Positions 13,201 through 22,330 of a stretch of 64,000 nt of DNA are shown one piece after another. The notes below the pieces were generated by a model that worked only from the letters and a program-made list of their open reading frames with translations, ran no database searches and was not told the origin of the DNA. This DNA comes from Eledone cirrhosa (taxonomy: Eukaryota). The translations under genes were made by a program, and so were the position numbers. Where the stretch lies: NCBI GenBank assembly GCA_964016885.1, contig CAXHJY010001289.1, positions 23,388 through 87,387 on the forward strand. The letters are read 5' to 3'. The stretch's first letter is position 1, and the number at the start of each line of letters is the position of its first letter.

Positions 13201-13645
13201 CCCGGGCAGGGACCCTGCAAAAAAGATCTGTCCGAGGTGCGTGCGAGACGAAGAAACCGTCGCGCACGCATTCATACACTGCCCGGGCGTCACTGACCTG
13301 TGGGGCTATGTGGAACGACTATTGTCGCGGGTGGGACCAATCCAGTTGACCACCGAGTCCATTGTCATGATCAAACCGCCACCCTCCTTCAAAAACGAAG
13401 GAGAGGCGGTTTTCCTTTGTGTGATAGCTATGGCGAAAGAGGTTGTATGGTGGACAAGGTTGAAAGGGCTGAGGTCAGACACCTTTCTCTCCGGCCAACA
13501 ACTGATTCTTTTTTTCAAATACCACTTTGGAAGAAGAATCAGGATGGAGAGAGAGGTGCTGTACCCCAGCAAGTTTTATGAAAGGTGGGTGAAAGTGGCG
13601 AGAATGGCCCGAGTGAATGGGCCTTCTCTCTATATCAGCCTGTAG
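10208..13645 (+). CDS. LINE ORF2p: APE endonuclease + reverse transcriptase + zinc finger
   Basis: 1145 aa; NVRGL, YAP, GDWN, YLDR, SDH; PGLDG, FRPITLLN, DQSKAFDRVDH, RQGCPLS, YADD; CPRC..ETVAHAFIHC. Confidence 0.97.
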   Translation: MANIRVGCVNVRGLRMPWKQGKLLNDLRSHSLDVVAICESRIHGERQLAPIFDDFEIYASLCQPGGGGGVAVLLRKHLGLVTQTVHLDPEGRLVVLDVDGSEGGAFRLVAAYAPSGTPRPDFFKRLETFLGTSRSLLLVGDWNGILDARWDYVGACPDKGGCNSLKQLIDRFDLADRYRLDFPTAPLWTWSNRSGTSRSYLDRVLVRNKDRDMLSCPQMFMVAYSDHKLVTCMANLDRTHRQGPGYWKLNLSLPTSKAYSRRISTLVKQHLTGAIVNNRWWYSLKRAVRLDSIVFSKELALDRNRTEKELVDKVEEAIRSGNVASVLATRTALDQFFDAKHEGCVVRSKIRALGNEGAKAVGWARVTEAKSGNKSTIRSLKDQNGRVIREPKQMCAAFQRHFARLFGGSGAPGEAMDFGPYLDGLPRLSDSEAKFCEKPISATEIGDALSQCGKRKSPGLDGLPYEFYVAMPDLFSGLLEAVYCNWQQNGRIPNSVTGGVVTLIRKDENKGDDIGNFRPITLLNTELQILAKVLAKRLALVVENLVGEAQTCAIPTRSIHDNLHLMRYIIERVGCKPGFGGALINLDQSKAFDRVDHRYLDAVLEAAGFGPVFRGWIAAMHNSNICSRVKVNGYLSEPFHITRSIRQGCPLSSLLYVLTLEPLLRKLELLQGIPLEPGLRKAASAYADDVTVMVSSASQIEEVGTLLKEYESLTGAKLNRDKSIGLQLGSWRGRPMPSDGVVGRWTEGPVKLLGVWFGPDLQVEKNWNEVTAKVFALTQKWAECKLSLKGRAEVANSFIASAIYYRLTVVPCPAKTLAKMERALFRFLWKRRAPLVRRSICCQHPSNGGLGMPWLTMRKHALRLRHLYVFLTGQPVWAPFVRRAFPRLVSLTELQSWVKQRPRKMGDWHIECAQALTALWQADPAISGDSTSSFYRGLVRSKCDDALGETLGVEEDELASLFGRTFRPGPMDNFQKSLAWQCYRGALPVRDKLYRHGRPGRDPAKKICPRCVRDEETVAHAFIHCPGVTDLWGYVERLLSRVGPIQLTTESIVMIKPPPSFKNEGEAVFLCVIAMAKEVVWWTRLKGLRSDTFLSGQQLILFFKYHFGRRIRMEREVLYPSKFYERWVKVARMARVNGPSLYISL

Positions 13646-14121
13646 GTTGAGGAAAAGGAGGAGGAGAGGAAGGGAGTACAAGCTCTTCGTACTCCTGGAG
13701 ATGAGGGTTGCACATTTTTTTCGGGGGTCTGTGTTACCCATATAAACTGTCTCCCTCTATTGGGGAAAATCGACTAACTTTTAAATTCCATCTGTGATAA
13801 CATTTTACACGTTTTTATTGTATGTAAACTTCCCCCTTTGTATTTGTCCCCTTCTTTTGTGCCCCTGTGGCTAATAAAGAAATATATCTATCTATCTCAC
13901 TATCAGTCGTGTGTCACTTCGCGGAGAAGTTTCCGTTAATTTATGTAAGGAAAAAACGTGAGTTTTTAGTTCAATTTTATATCATTGTGTAACTTGACCA
14001 CCCGTCTGGACCTTCAGGTGGTGGGTCAACTCATTTTCGCCCCTACAGGGGCGGAATATCCATTTAAAAAATTTTTCTCCATCGAATCTTGGAAAAAATA
14101 TTGTAAAATTTTGATTACGTT

Positions 14122-16038
14122 ATGAACGCTGCGTCCAACGATAATGGTGGTGGAGAGGCGGTAAGACTACAAAGCTCGCAGTCAACAACGTCTTCTTCAC
14201 TAGATACTATAGAGATGGAAAGACAAAATGAAAATAAAAAAACGAATTCACATCCAAACAACACAAATGACACCAAACAGCTCAATGACAACAAAAATAA
14301 CAGCAAAACCAATAATGATGATAAAAGCAACAATGATAACAACAACAAAGAAAAAAATAAAGACAACGCCAATAACACCAGCATCAAAGACAACAACAAC
14401 ACCAAGGAAAATACGGATGATACCAACATCGGTGACAACAAGAATAACAACAAGAATAACAACAATAATGACAACACCACCAATACGGATTCCACAAAGA
14501 AACCAAAAATCTCCTTTGCGGAGAAAGTTCAAAAGAAAGAACAATTGATATATCTCGACATAACAAATGCTGAACACCTTTTAAAGGACGCTAAGAGATA
14601 TGTCACCTTCGAAAAAAATGGTGCTTTCAGCATCAATTCTCCGGTAGAAATTCGCAAGGAAACTGCTCTCAAAACGATAGTTTTTAGGACAGTTTCCAAT
14701 TCTACCCGAAAACCAGTCCAATTGTCACAGAAAGATATTGAACTGGTTTTCAAAGATTCAATGAATGATATTGCATTCATTCAAAGAAGCAAACTTTTTG
14801 GGAGTATTTCGGTACTGATGAAGGATCAATTGACGGCCCAAAATTACTCTGTGTCGCCAATTGTATCCAACCTGTACACCTTTTTCCCTACATACATGGG
14901 AAAAAGGACACAAAAGATCAGAATCACAAGTGTCACACCAAAGGTGAACATATGGTGGATACTGTGCGGCTTCATCAATTTTGATGAAGACAGAATACTG
15001 TCAGTAGGCAAGTCCCCCAGAGATGTATTCAATGGGACTAGCATTGAAGTTCTGGTGCAAATGAGCCCAGAGCGAATAGCTATGATCCCACAGCGTGTAC
15101 TCCTGGACGGACTTACCTACATAAACCTTTCGGTTGAGGGTAGGCGGCCTTCATGTTACCATTGCTTTAGCAGGGGTCACCTGAGGGCTTCCTGTCCTAA
15201 ACTAATGAACCAAAAAAAGGCTCTTCTGCCAACACCCATCAAAACAACACAACCACCAACACCACCACTACAACAACAACACCAACACACAAAAATAACC
15301 ACAACAAACACAGTCCCACCCAACCTCACTCCACCTAAAACCACTGCAAAATCACATACAGACACAACAGCTCCCCAAGACATACCCCTCCCCAATCACA
15401 CAGACGATACAACAGATGAGGCTATCTCGCCATCACCCAGTGAAGACGAGGGAGAACCCCATCGCTCGAAAAGAAAGAAAAGACATCACAAAAGCAAAAA
15501 ACCAGCAAACACTACCACAAACATACAACCACCAACACAAACAACAAAAATATCACAAACAAAACCCCCACCTCCTGAAAACAAAATACCTACAACAAAA
15601 CGAAAGCACACACAAGAACTACAGACAAAAACAAACACAACACAAGAAAATTACACTTACACTTACATAAACACTGAAAACAAAACACTAATGGAGACCA
15701 TTACGAACGACCCTTCGGTTTTCACCGAAGGGAAAACTTTCGCCCACTCTATAAAAAATAGCAAAAAAATGAACCTAAAACTGATTAGGGTCCCTATACA
15801 AACTTATAGGTCCCTAAAAGAAACATTTGAGAAGGATGTGGGGAATTCCTGCGTGAAACCACTCAACCGCGTCCTTCTCAAATGCCTCCCCACCCCAGAC
15901 ACCCCCATCCCACCAGACCCCACCCCACCAAACATCTGCGTCCCCACCCCGCCGGAAATCACCACCCATCCAGACAACCCCTCCAACACCCCCATGGAAA
16001 TCGTGCGGCCTGGTCCCCAGGAGGCGAAGGGTGAGTGA
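14122..16038 (+). CDS. LINE ORF1p
   Basis: 638 aa, same zinc knuckle as copy 1. Confidence 0.9.
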   Translation: MNAASNDNGGGEAVRLQSSQSTTSSSLDTIEMERQNENKKTNSHPNNTNDTKQLNDNKNNSKTNNDDKSNNDNNNKEKNKDNANNTSIKDNNNTKENTDDTNIGDNKNNNKNNNNNDNTTNTDSTKKPKISFAEKVQKKEQLIYLDITNAEHLLKDAKRYVTFEKNGAFSINSPVEIRKETALKTIVFRTVSNSTRKPVQLSQKDIELVFKDSMNDIAFIQRSKLFGSISVLMKDQLTAQNYSVSPIVSNLYTFFPTYMGKRTQKIRITSVTPKVNIWWILCGFINFDEDRILSVGKSPRDVFNGTSIEVLVQMSPERIAMIPQRVLLDGLTYINLSVEGRRPSCYHCFSRGHLRASCPKLMNQKKALLPTPIKTTQPPTPPLQQQHQHTKITTTNTVPPNLTPPKTTAKSHTDTTAPQDIPLPNHTDDTTDEAISPSPSEDEGEPHRSKRKKRHHKSKKPANTTTNIQPPTQTTKISQTKPPPPENKIPTTKRKHTQELQTKTNTTQENYTYTYINTENKTLMETITNDPSVFTEGKTFAHSIKNSKKMNLKLIRVPIQTYRSLKETFEKDVGNSCVKPLNRVLLKCLPTPDTPIPPDPTPPNICVPTPPEITTHPDNPSNTPMEIVRPGPQEAKGE

Positions 16039-16071
16039 TCTCTTTTCCTCTTTTAACTTTTCAGCACCAAC

Positions 16072-19000
16072 ATGGCCAATATAAGAGTTGGGTGTGTGAA
16101 TGTACGCGGCCTGGGGATGCCCTGGAAACAGGGCAAACTCTTAAACGACCTCAGGTCGCACAGTTTGGATGTGGTAGCCATTTGCGAGTCCAGGATCCAC
16201 GGCGAGCGACAGCTGGCCCCCATCTTCGATGACTTTGAGATCTACGCATCTCTCTGTCAACCGGGGGGTGGGGGCGGAGTTGCCGTTTTGCTGCGGAAAC
16301 ACCTGGGCCTCGTAACACAGACGGTACATCTGGACCCGGAGGGTCGACTGGTGGTCCTAGACGTTGACGGTAGTGAAGGTGGAGCGTTCAGGCTGGTGGC
16401 CGCATATGCCCCATCCGGGACACCGCGGCCAGACTTCTTCAAACGTCTAGAGACTTTTCTGGGAACGTGCCGCTCCTTGCTTTTAGTGGGGGACTGGAAT
16501 GGAATCCTAGATGCACGTTGGGACTATGTGGGAGCATGTCCCGATAAAGGGGGGTGTAACAGCCTCAAACAGTTAATCGACCGATTTGACCTGGCCGATA
16601 GATATCGACTAGATTTTCCGACTGCGCCACTGTGGACGTGGAGTAATCGTAGCGGAACATCTAGATCGTACCTAGATAGGGTTCTAGTTAGAAATAAGGA
16701 TAGGGACATGTTAAGCTGTCCACAAATGTTCATGGTTGCCTATTCAGATCACAAACTAGTGACCTGCATGGCCAACCTTGATAGAACCCATAGACAAGGA
16801 CCCGGCTACTGGAAGCTGAACTTGTCGTTACCGACAAGCAAAGCCTACAGTAGACGGATTAGCACTTTAGTTAAACAGCACTTGACAGGGGCCATTGTCA
16901 ACAACAGATGGTGGTACCCTCTCAAGAGGGCAGTTAGATTAGACTCGATAGTTTTTAGTAAAGAATTAGCGTTAGATAGAAATAGAACCGAGAAGGAACT
17001 GGTAGATAAAGTAGAAGAGGCTATTAGAAGTGGCAACGTAGCCAGCGTGCTAGCAACGAGAACGGCCTTGGACCAGTTCTTCGACGCAAAGCACGAGGGC
17101 TGCGTTGTCAGAAGCAAAATACGTGCTCTGGGAAACGAGGGAGCCAAAGCTGTTAGCTGGGCCCGAGTGACGGAGGCAAAAAGTGGCAACAAGTCCACGA
17201 TTCGGTCTTTGAAGGACCAAAACGGACGCGTGATACGTGAGCCGAAGCAGATGTGTGCGGCTTTTCAGCGGCACTTTGCTCGGCTGTTCGGGGGGAGCGG
17301 CGCGCCTGGAGAGGCTATGGATTTCGGTCCATACCTCGACGGCCTACCGCGACTCTCGGACAGCGAGGCGAAGTTCTGCGAAAAGCCGATTTCAGCCACT
17401 GAGATAGGGGACGCGCTGAGCCAATGCGGCAAACGCAAATCTCCAGGTCTCGACGGTCTACCCTACGAATTTTACGTAGCAATGCCGGACTTATTCTCCG
17501 GTCTCCTGGAAGCGGTCTACTGCAACTGGCAACAGAACGGGAGAATTCCCAGTTCTGTAACCGGGGGCGTGGTCACACTAATCAGGAAGGACGAGAATAA
17601 GGGGGATGACATAGGCAACTTCCGGCCCATAACTCTGCTAAACACAGAGTTACAGATTTTGGCCAAGGTGTTGGCAAAGAGGCTGGCGCTTGTCGTCGAG
17701 AACCTGGTGGGAGAAGCGCAGACATGCGCGATCCCGACCAGGTCCATACACGACAACCTCCACCTCATGCGATACATCATAGAGAGGGTAGGGTGTAAAC
17801 CCGGCTTCGGTGGGGCCCTGATCAACTTGGATCAGTCTAAGGCTTTCGATAGGGTTGACCATCGTTACCTGGATGCGGTGCTCGAGGCGGCAGGCTTCGG
17901 ACCCGTGTTCAGGGGCTGGATTGCTGCAATGCACAACAGCAACATCTGCTCAAGGGTCAAGGTGAACGGTTACCTCTCGGAGCCGTTCCATATTACGCGA
18001 TCCATTCGACAGGGATGCCCTCTCTCCTCCCTTCTGTACGTACTGACTCTCGAGCCACTACTGCGGAAGCTGGAGCTATTGCAGGGCATCCCTCTGGAAC
18101 CGGGACTGCGGAAAGCGGCGTCGGCCTACGCCGACGACGTAACAGTAATGGTGTCGAGCGCCTCGCAAATCGAGGAAGTCGGCACCTTACTAAAGGAATA
18201 CGAAAGTCTCACAGGAGCGAAGCTGAACCGGGACAAGTCCATCGGTTTGCAACTCGGATCGTGGAGAGGCAGACCGATGCCTTCCGATGGTGTCGTCGGA
18301 CGCTGGACGGAAGGACCGGTAAAGCTGCTCGGGGTCTGGTTTGGTCCGGACCTCCAGGTGGAGAAGAACTGGAACGAAGTGACGGCCAAGGTGTTTGCAC
18401 TCACCCAGAAGTGGGCCGAGTGCAAACTATCCTTGAAAGGTCGAGCGGAGGTGGCGAACACTTTTATAGCGTCCGCCATCTACTACCGCTTGACCGTCGT
18501 GCCTTGTCCAGCCAAAACACTCGCCAAAATGGAGCGCGCCCTCTTCCGATTCCTTTGGAAGAGGCGGGCTCCTTTGGTAAGAAGATCCATCTGCTGCCAA
18601 CACCCTTCTAACGGAGGGCTGGGGATGCCGTGGTTGACGATGCGCAAACACGCGCTCAGGCTGCGGCATCTCTACGTATTCCTCACCGGACAACCGGTGT
18701 GGGCCCCGTTCGTGAGGCGAGCCTTCCCACGACTCGTCTCACTGACCGAGCTGCAGTCCTGGGTCAAGCAGAGACCGAGGAAAATGGGCGACTGGCACAT
18801 CGAATGTGCTCAGGCGCTCACAGCCCTCTGGCAGGCGGACCCGGCGATCAGTGGAGACTCCACTTCGTCATTCTATAGAGGGTTGGTCCGCAGCAAGTGC
18901 GACGACGCGCTCGGTGAAACTCTAGGCGTGGAGGAAGATGAACTGGCCAGTCTGTTCGGTAGGACCTTCCGCCCGGGACCGATGGACAACTTCCAAAAGT

Positions 19001-19509
19001 CCCTGGCCTGGCAGTGCTACCGAGGAGCTCTACCAGTTCGAGACAAGCTCTACAGACATGGGCGCCCGGGCAGGGACCCTGCAAAAAAGATCTGTCCGAG
19101 GTGCGTGCGAGACGAAGAAACCGTCGCGCACGCATTCATACACTGCCCGGGCGTCACTGACCTGTGGGGCTATGTAGAACGACTATTGTCGCGGGTGGGA
19201 CCAATCCAGTTGACCACCGAGTCCATTGTCATGATCAAACCGCCACCCTCCTTCAAAAACGAAGGAGAGGCGGTTTTCCTTTGTGTGATAGCTATGGCGA
19301 AAGAGGTTGTATGGTGGACAAGGTTGAAAGGGCTGAGGTCAGACACCTTTCTCTCCGGCCAACAACTGATTCTTTTTTTCAAATACCACTTTGGAAGAAG
19401 AATCAGGATGGAGAGAGAGGTGCTGTACCCCAGCAAGTTTTATGAAAGGTGGGTGAAAGTGGCGAGAATGGCCCGAGTGAATGGGCCTTCTCTCTATATC
19501 AGCCTGTAG
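16072..19509 (+). CDS. LINE ORF2p (APE-RT-ZnF)
   Basis: 1145 aa, intact, about six residue differences from copy 1. Confidence 0.97.
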   Translation: MANIRVGCVNVRGLGMPWKQGKLLNDLRSHSLDVVAICESRIHGERQLAPIFDDFEIYASLCQPGGGGGVAVLLRKHLGLVTQTVHLDPEGRLVVLDVDGSEGGAFRLVAAYAPSGTPRPDFFKRLETFLGTCRSLLLVGDWNGILDARWDYVGACPDKGGCNSLKQLIDRFDLADRYRLDFPTAPLWTWSNRSGTSRSYLDRVLVRNKDRDMLSCPQMFMVAYSDHKLVTCMANLDRTHRQGPGYWKLNLSLPTSKAYSRRISTLVKQHLTGAIVNNRWWYPLKRAVRLDSIVFSKELALDRNRTEKELVDKVEEAIRSGNVASVLATRTALDQFFDAKHEGCVVRSKIRALGNEGAKAVSWARVTEAKSGNKSTIRSLKDQNGRVIREPKQMCAAFQRHFARLFGGSGAPGEAMDFGPYLDGLPRLSDSEAKFCEKPISATEIGDALSQCGKRKSPGLDGLPYEFYVAMPDLFSGLLEAVYCNWQQNGRIPSSVTGGVVTLIRKDENKGDDIGNFRPITLLNTELQILAKVLAKRLALVVENLVGEAQTCAIPTRSIHDNLHLMRYIIERVGCKPGFGGALINLDQSKAFDRVDHRYLDAVLEAAGFGPVFRGWIAAMHNSNICSRVKVNGYLSEPFHITRSIRQGCPLSSLLYVLTLEPLLRKLELLQGIPLEPGLRKAASAYADDVTVMVSSASQIEEVGTLLKEYESLTGAKLNRDKSIGLQLGSWRGRPMPSDGVVGRWTEGPVKLLGVWFGPDLQVEKNWNEVTAKVFALTQKWAECKLSLKGRAEVANTFIASAIYYRLTVVPCPAKTLAKMERALFRFLWKRRAPLVRRSICCQHPSNGGLGMPWLTMRKHALRLRHLYVFLTGQPVWAPFVRRAFPRLVSLTELQSWVKQRPRKMGDWHIECAQALTALWQADPAISGDSTSSFYRGLVRSKCDDALGETLGVEEDELASLFGRTFRPGPMDNFQKSLAWQCYRGALPVRDKLYRHGRPGRDPAKKICPRCVRDEETVAHAFIHCPGVTDLWGYVERLLSRVGPIQLTTESIVMIKPPPSFKNEGEAVFLCVIAMAKEVVWWTRLKGLRSDTFLSGQQLILFFKYHFGRRIRMEREVLYPSKFYERWVKVARMARVNGPSLYISL

Positions 19510-19748
19510 ATTGAGGAAAAGGAGGAGGAGAGGAAAGGAGTACAAGCTCTTCGTACTCCTGGAGATGAGGGTTGCACATTTTTTTCGGGGGTCTGTGTTA
19601 CCCATATAAACTGTCTCCCTCTATTGGGGAAAATCGACTAACTTTTAAATTCCATCTGTGATAACATTTTACACGTTTTTATTGTATGTAAACTTCCCCC
19701 TTTGTATTTGTCCCCTTCTTTTGTGCCCCTGTGGCTAATAAAGAAATA

Positions 19749-19795
<47 letters not shown>

Positions 19796-19797
<2 letters not shown>

Positions 19798-20640
19798 GGC
19801 ACACTGAGTGTGCCCAGGCGCTCACCGCCCTCTGGCAGGCGGATCCGGTTATCAGTGGAGACTCCACCGCAACATTCTATAGAGGGCTGGTACGCAGCAG
19901 GTGCGACGACGCCCTCGGAGAAGCCCTAGACATGGAGGAGGACGAACTGGCCAGCCTGTTCGGTAGGACATTCAGCCCGGGACCTATGGACAACTTCCAG
20001 AAGTCCCTGGCCTGGCAGTGCTACCGAGGGGCTTTACCCGTTCGAGAAAGGCTCTACAGACACGGGCGCCCGGGTAGGGACCCCGCCAAAAAGATCTGTC
20101 CCAGATGCGTGTGCGACGAGGAAACCGTTGCACACGCATTGGTACACTGCTCGGGCGTAGCCGATCTGTGGGGCTATGTCGAACAACTGCTGTCAAGGGT
20201 GGGACCGATCCGGTTGACCACCGAGTCTATTGTAATGATCAAGCCGCCTCCCCCCTTCAAAGATGAAGCAGAGGCGGTGTTTCTGTGCGTAATAGCCATG
20301 GCGAAAGAGGTTGTATGGTGGACGCGTCTGAAAGGACTGAGGTCAGGCACCTTTCTCTCTGGCCAACAACTGGTCCGTTTCTTCCGTTATCATTTCGGAA
20401 GAAGGATCAGGATGGAGAGAGAGGTGCTGCACCCCAGCCGTTTCTATGAAAGATGGGTGAAAGTTGCGAGAATGGCCCGTGTGAATGGGCCTTCACTCTA
20501 CATCAGACTATAGGTGAGGAAGATGAAAGACCAAGGGAGCACACCTTCTCTGTGCTCCTGAGGAGAAGGGTTGCACACTTTTTTCGGGGGTGTGTGCGAC
20601 CCCCCAAGGCGCCTCCTCTCTATTGAGGATTTTGTTATAA
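19796..20640 (+). mobile_element. 5'-truncated Tx1 copy 3 (diverged subfamily), 3'UTR incomplete
   Basis: ORF2 C-terminus WHTECAQAL...SLYIRL* directly after (ATCT)n; no AATAAA or tail before copy 4. Confidence 0.9.
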
Positions 20641-22289
20641 ATGAAAAAGACATCAACAATTCTACAGATACATCTACACATAAAATTTCCAACAACGATA
20701 ACATCATTATTAACAACAACATCACACAAAAAAAAGAAAATGTCTTTTGCTGACTCAGTCAACAAGAAACAAGATTTTATAAATCTTGATATCTCCAACG
20801 CAAGAGATATGCTCCAGCAAGGGAGAAAATTTGTAACTTTCGAAGAAAGAGGTGGGTTTAGAATTAACTCACCCCTTGAAATAAAGGAAGACACAAACCG
20901 CCGATCAGTCACTTTTAGGACTGTGTCAAATTCAAGAAAACCGACATTTGTTAATCAGTCAGATATAGAAGATTCTTTCAAGGAGATTCTAGGAAATGTC
21001 GATTTTCTTCAGCGAGGAAAACAGTACGGAAGTGTTTCCGTACTGTTTAAAAGCGAGACACTGGCCCAAAAAAGCTCTGTGACACCAATAGTGTCAAAAT
21101 CATACACCTTTTTCCCTACATACATGGGGAAAAGGACACGAAAGATAAAAATAAAAAAATATACCTCCAAGCATTAACATCTGGTGGATCTTGGCTGGCT
21201 TCGTAGAGCCAGAAACAGACATAATACTTTCGATACGAAAATCCATTCGACAAAGGTGGGCGGGCACAGATTTGGAGATTCTGTTGCAAATGAAACCGGA
21301 GAGAATCTCCAAAATACCCGAAAGAGTCGTTATTGATAATAACAACAAAATAAACATTTCGGTAGAAGGAAGAAAATTTCACTGCTTTTGCTGTGGTAGC
21401 ACATCTCACCTAAAAGCCTCTTGTCCACAAACACACAACAGCAACATCATAAAAAAAACGCTATTACCAACACCAACACCAAAACAACCACCACCACCAC
21501 CACAAGTACAACGACAGACGAAACGAGCAACCACACCAAAACAAACAGACACTCAACCAACAACAACAGAAAAAACAGAGACAACACCCCTGAAGAACAC
21601 ATCCCCACTCCATCCCACTCCATCAAACACTACCACAAACACACATACCGAAACACCACCACCACCACACAACATACCCTTACCCCACACACCTGACGAT
21701 GATTATTCATCGACGCATGAAGCTGCTTCTCCTTCTTTAAGTGAAGAAGAGGGAGAACCGCGGAAATCCAAAAAACAAAAAAAGAGACACCACAAAACCC
21801 CCAAAACTCCAATCACCAACACCAACACACAACCACAGACACAAACAACAACACAAACAACACCACAGTCAAACACCCTCCTATCAGCAAAACCAGCACC
21901 AACACCACCCCAAACACAAAGCACCCACCATAAAAAGAAAACTCCCGGATGAACAACAAACTAAAACAATACAACAAAAACACAAACAACAATACGCATA
22001 CATCAACACAAACAACAAGAGTTTGATGGAGGTCATCTCCCAAAACCCCAAGGTGGAGACGGAGGGCAAAACTTTCGTCAAGGCAGAATCGTCTCCACAC
22101 CTTAAACTTATAAGGGTTTCTATGGAAACATATAAAGACCTGAAAATTAAATTTCCACAGGACGTGGGCAACCCCTGCCACAAACCCATCAACCGCGTCC
22201 TGTTGAAAGGTTTCCCCACCCCACTCAACACCCCATCCAGCACCCAAATGGAGATTGAACAACCCGATCTCCAGGAAACGAAAAGGTAA
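20641..22289 (+). pseudogene. ORF1 of copy 4, split over three ORF segments
   Basis: YTFFPTYMGKRT and CFCCGSTSHLKASC; frameshifts near 21165 and 21945. Confidence 0.85.
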
Positions 22290-22330
22290 GTGCACCTTTC
22301 GTCCTTTTTCTCCAACTTTTCTTCACCAAC

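Larger units (their letters stand above)
8049..13882 (+). mobile_element. Full-length Tx1/L1-clade non-LTR retrotransposon, copy 1
   Basis: 5'UTR, ORF1, ORF2, 3'UTR with AATAAA (13873-13878); flanked by (ATCT)n on both sides. Confidence 0.95.
13901..19746 (+). mobile_element. Full-length Tx1/L1-clade element, copy 2 (near-identical to copy 1)
   Basis: Same 5' start tatcagtcgtgtg and same 3' end; scattered substitutions and a 12-bp duplication in ORF1. Confidence 0.95.
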
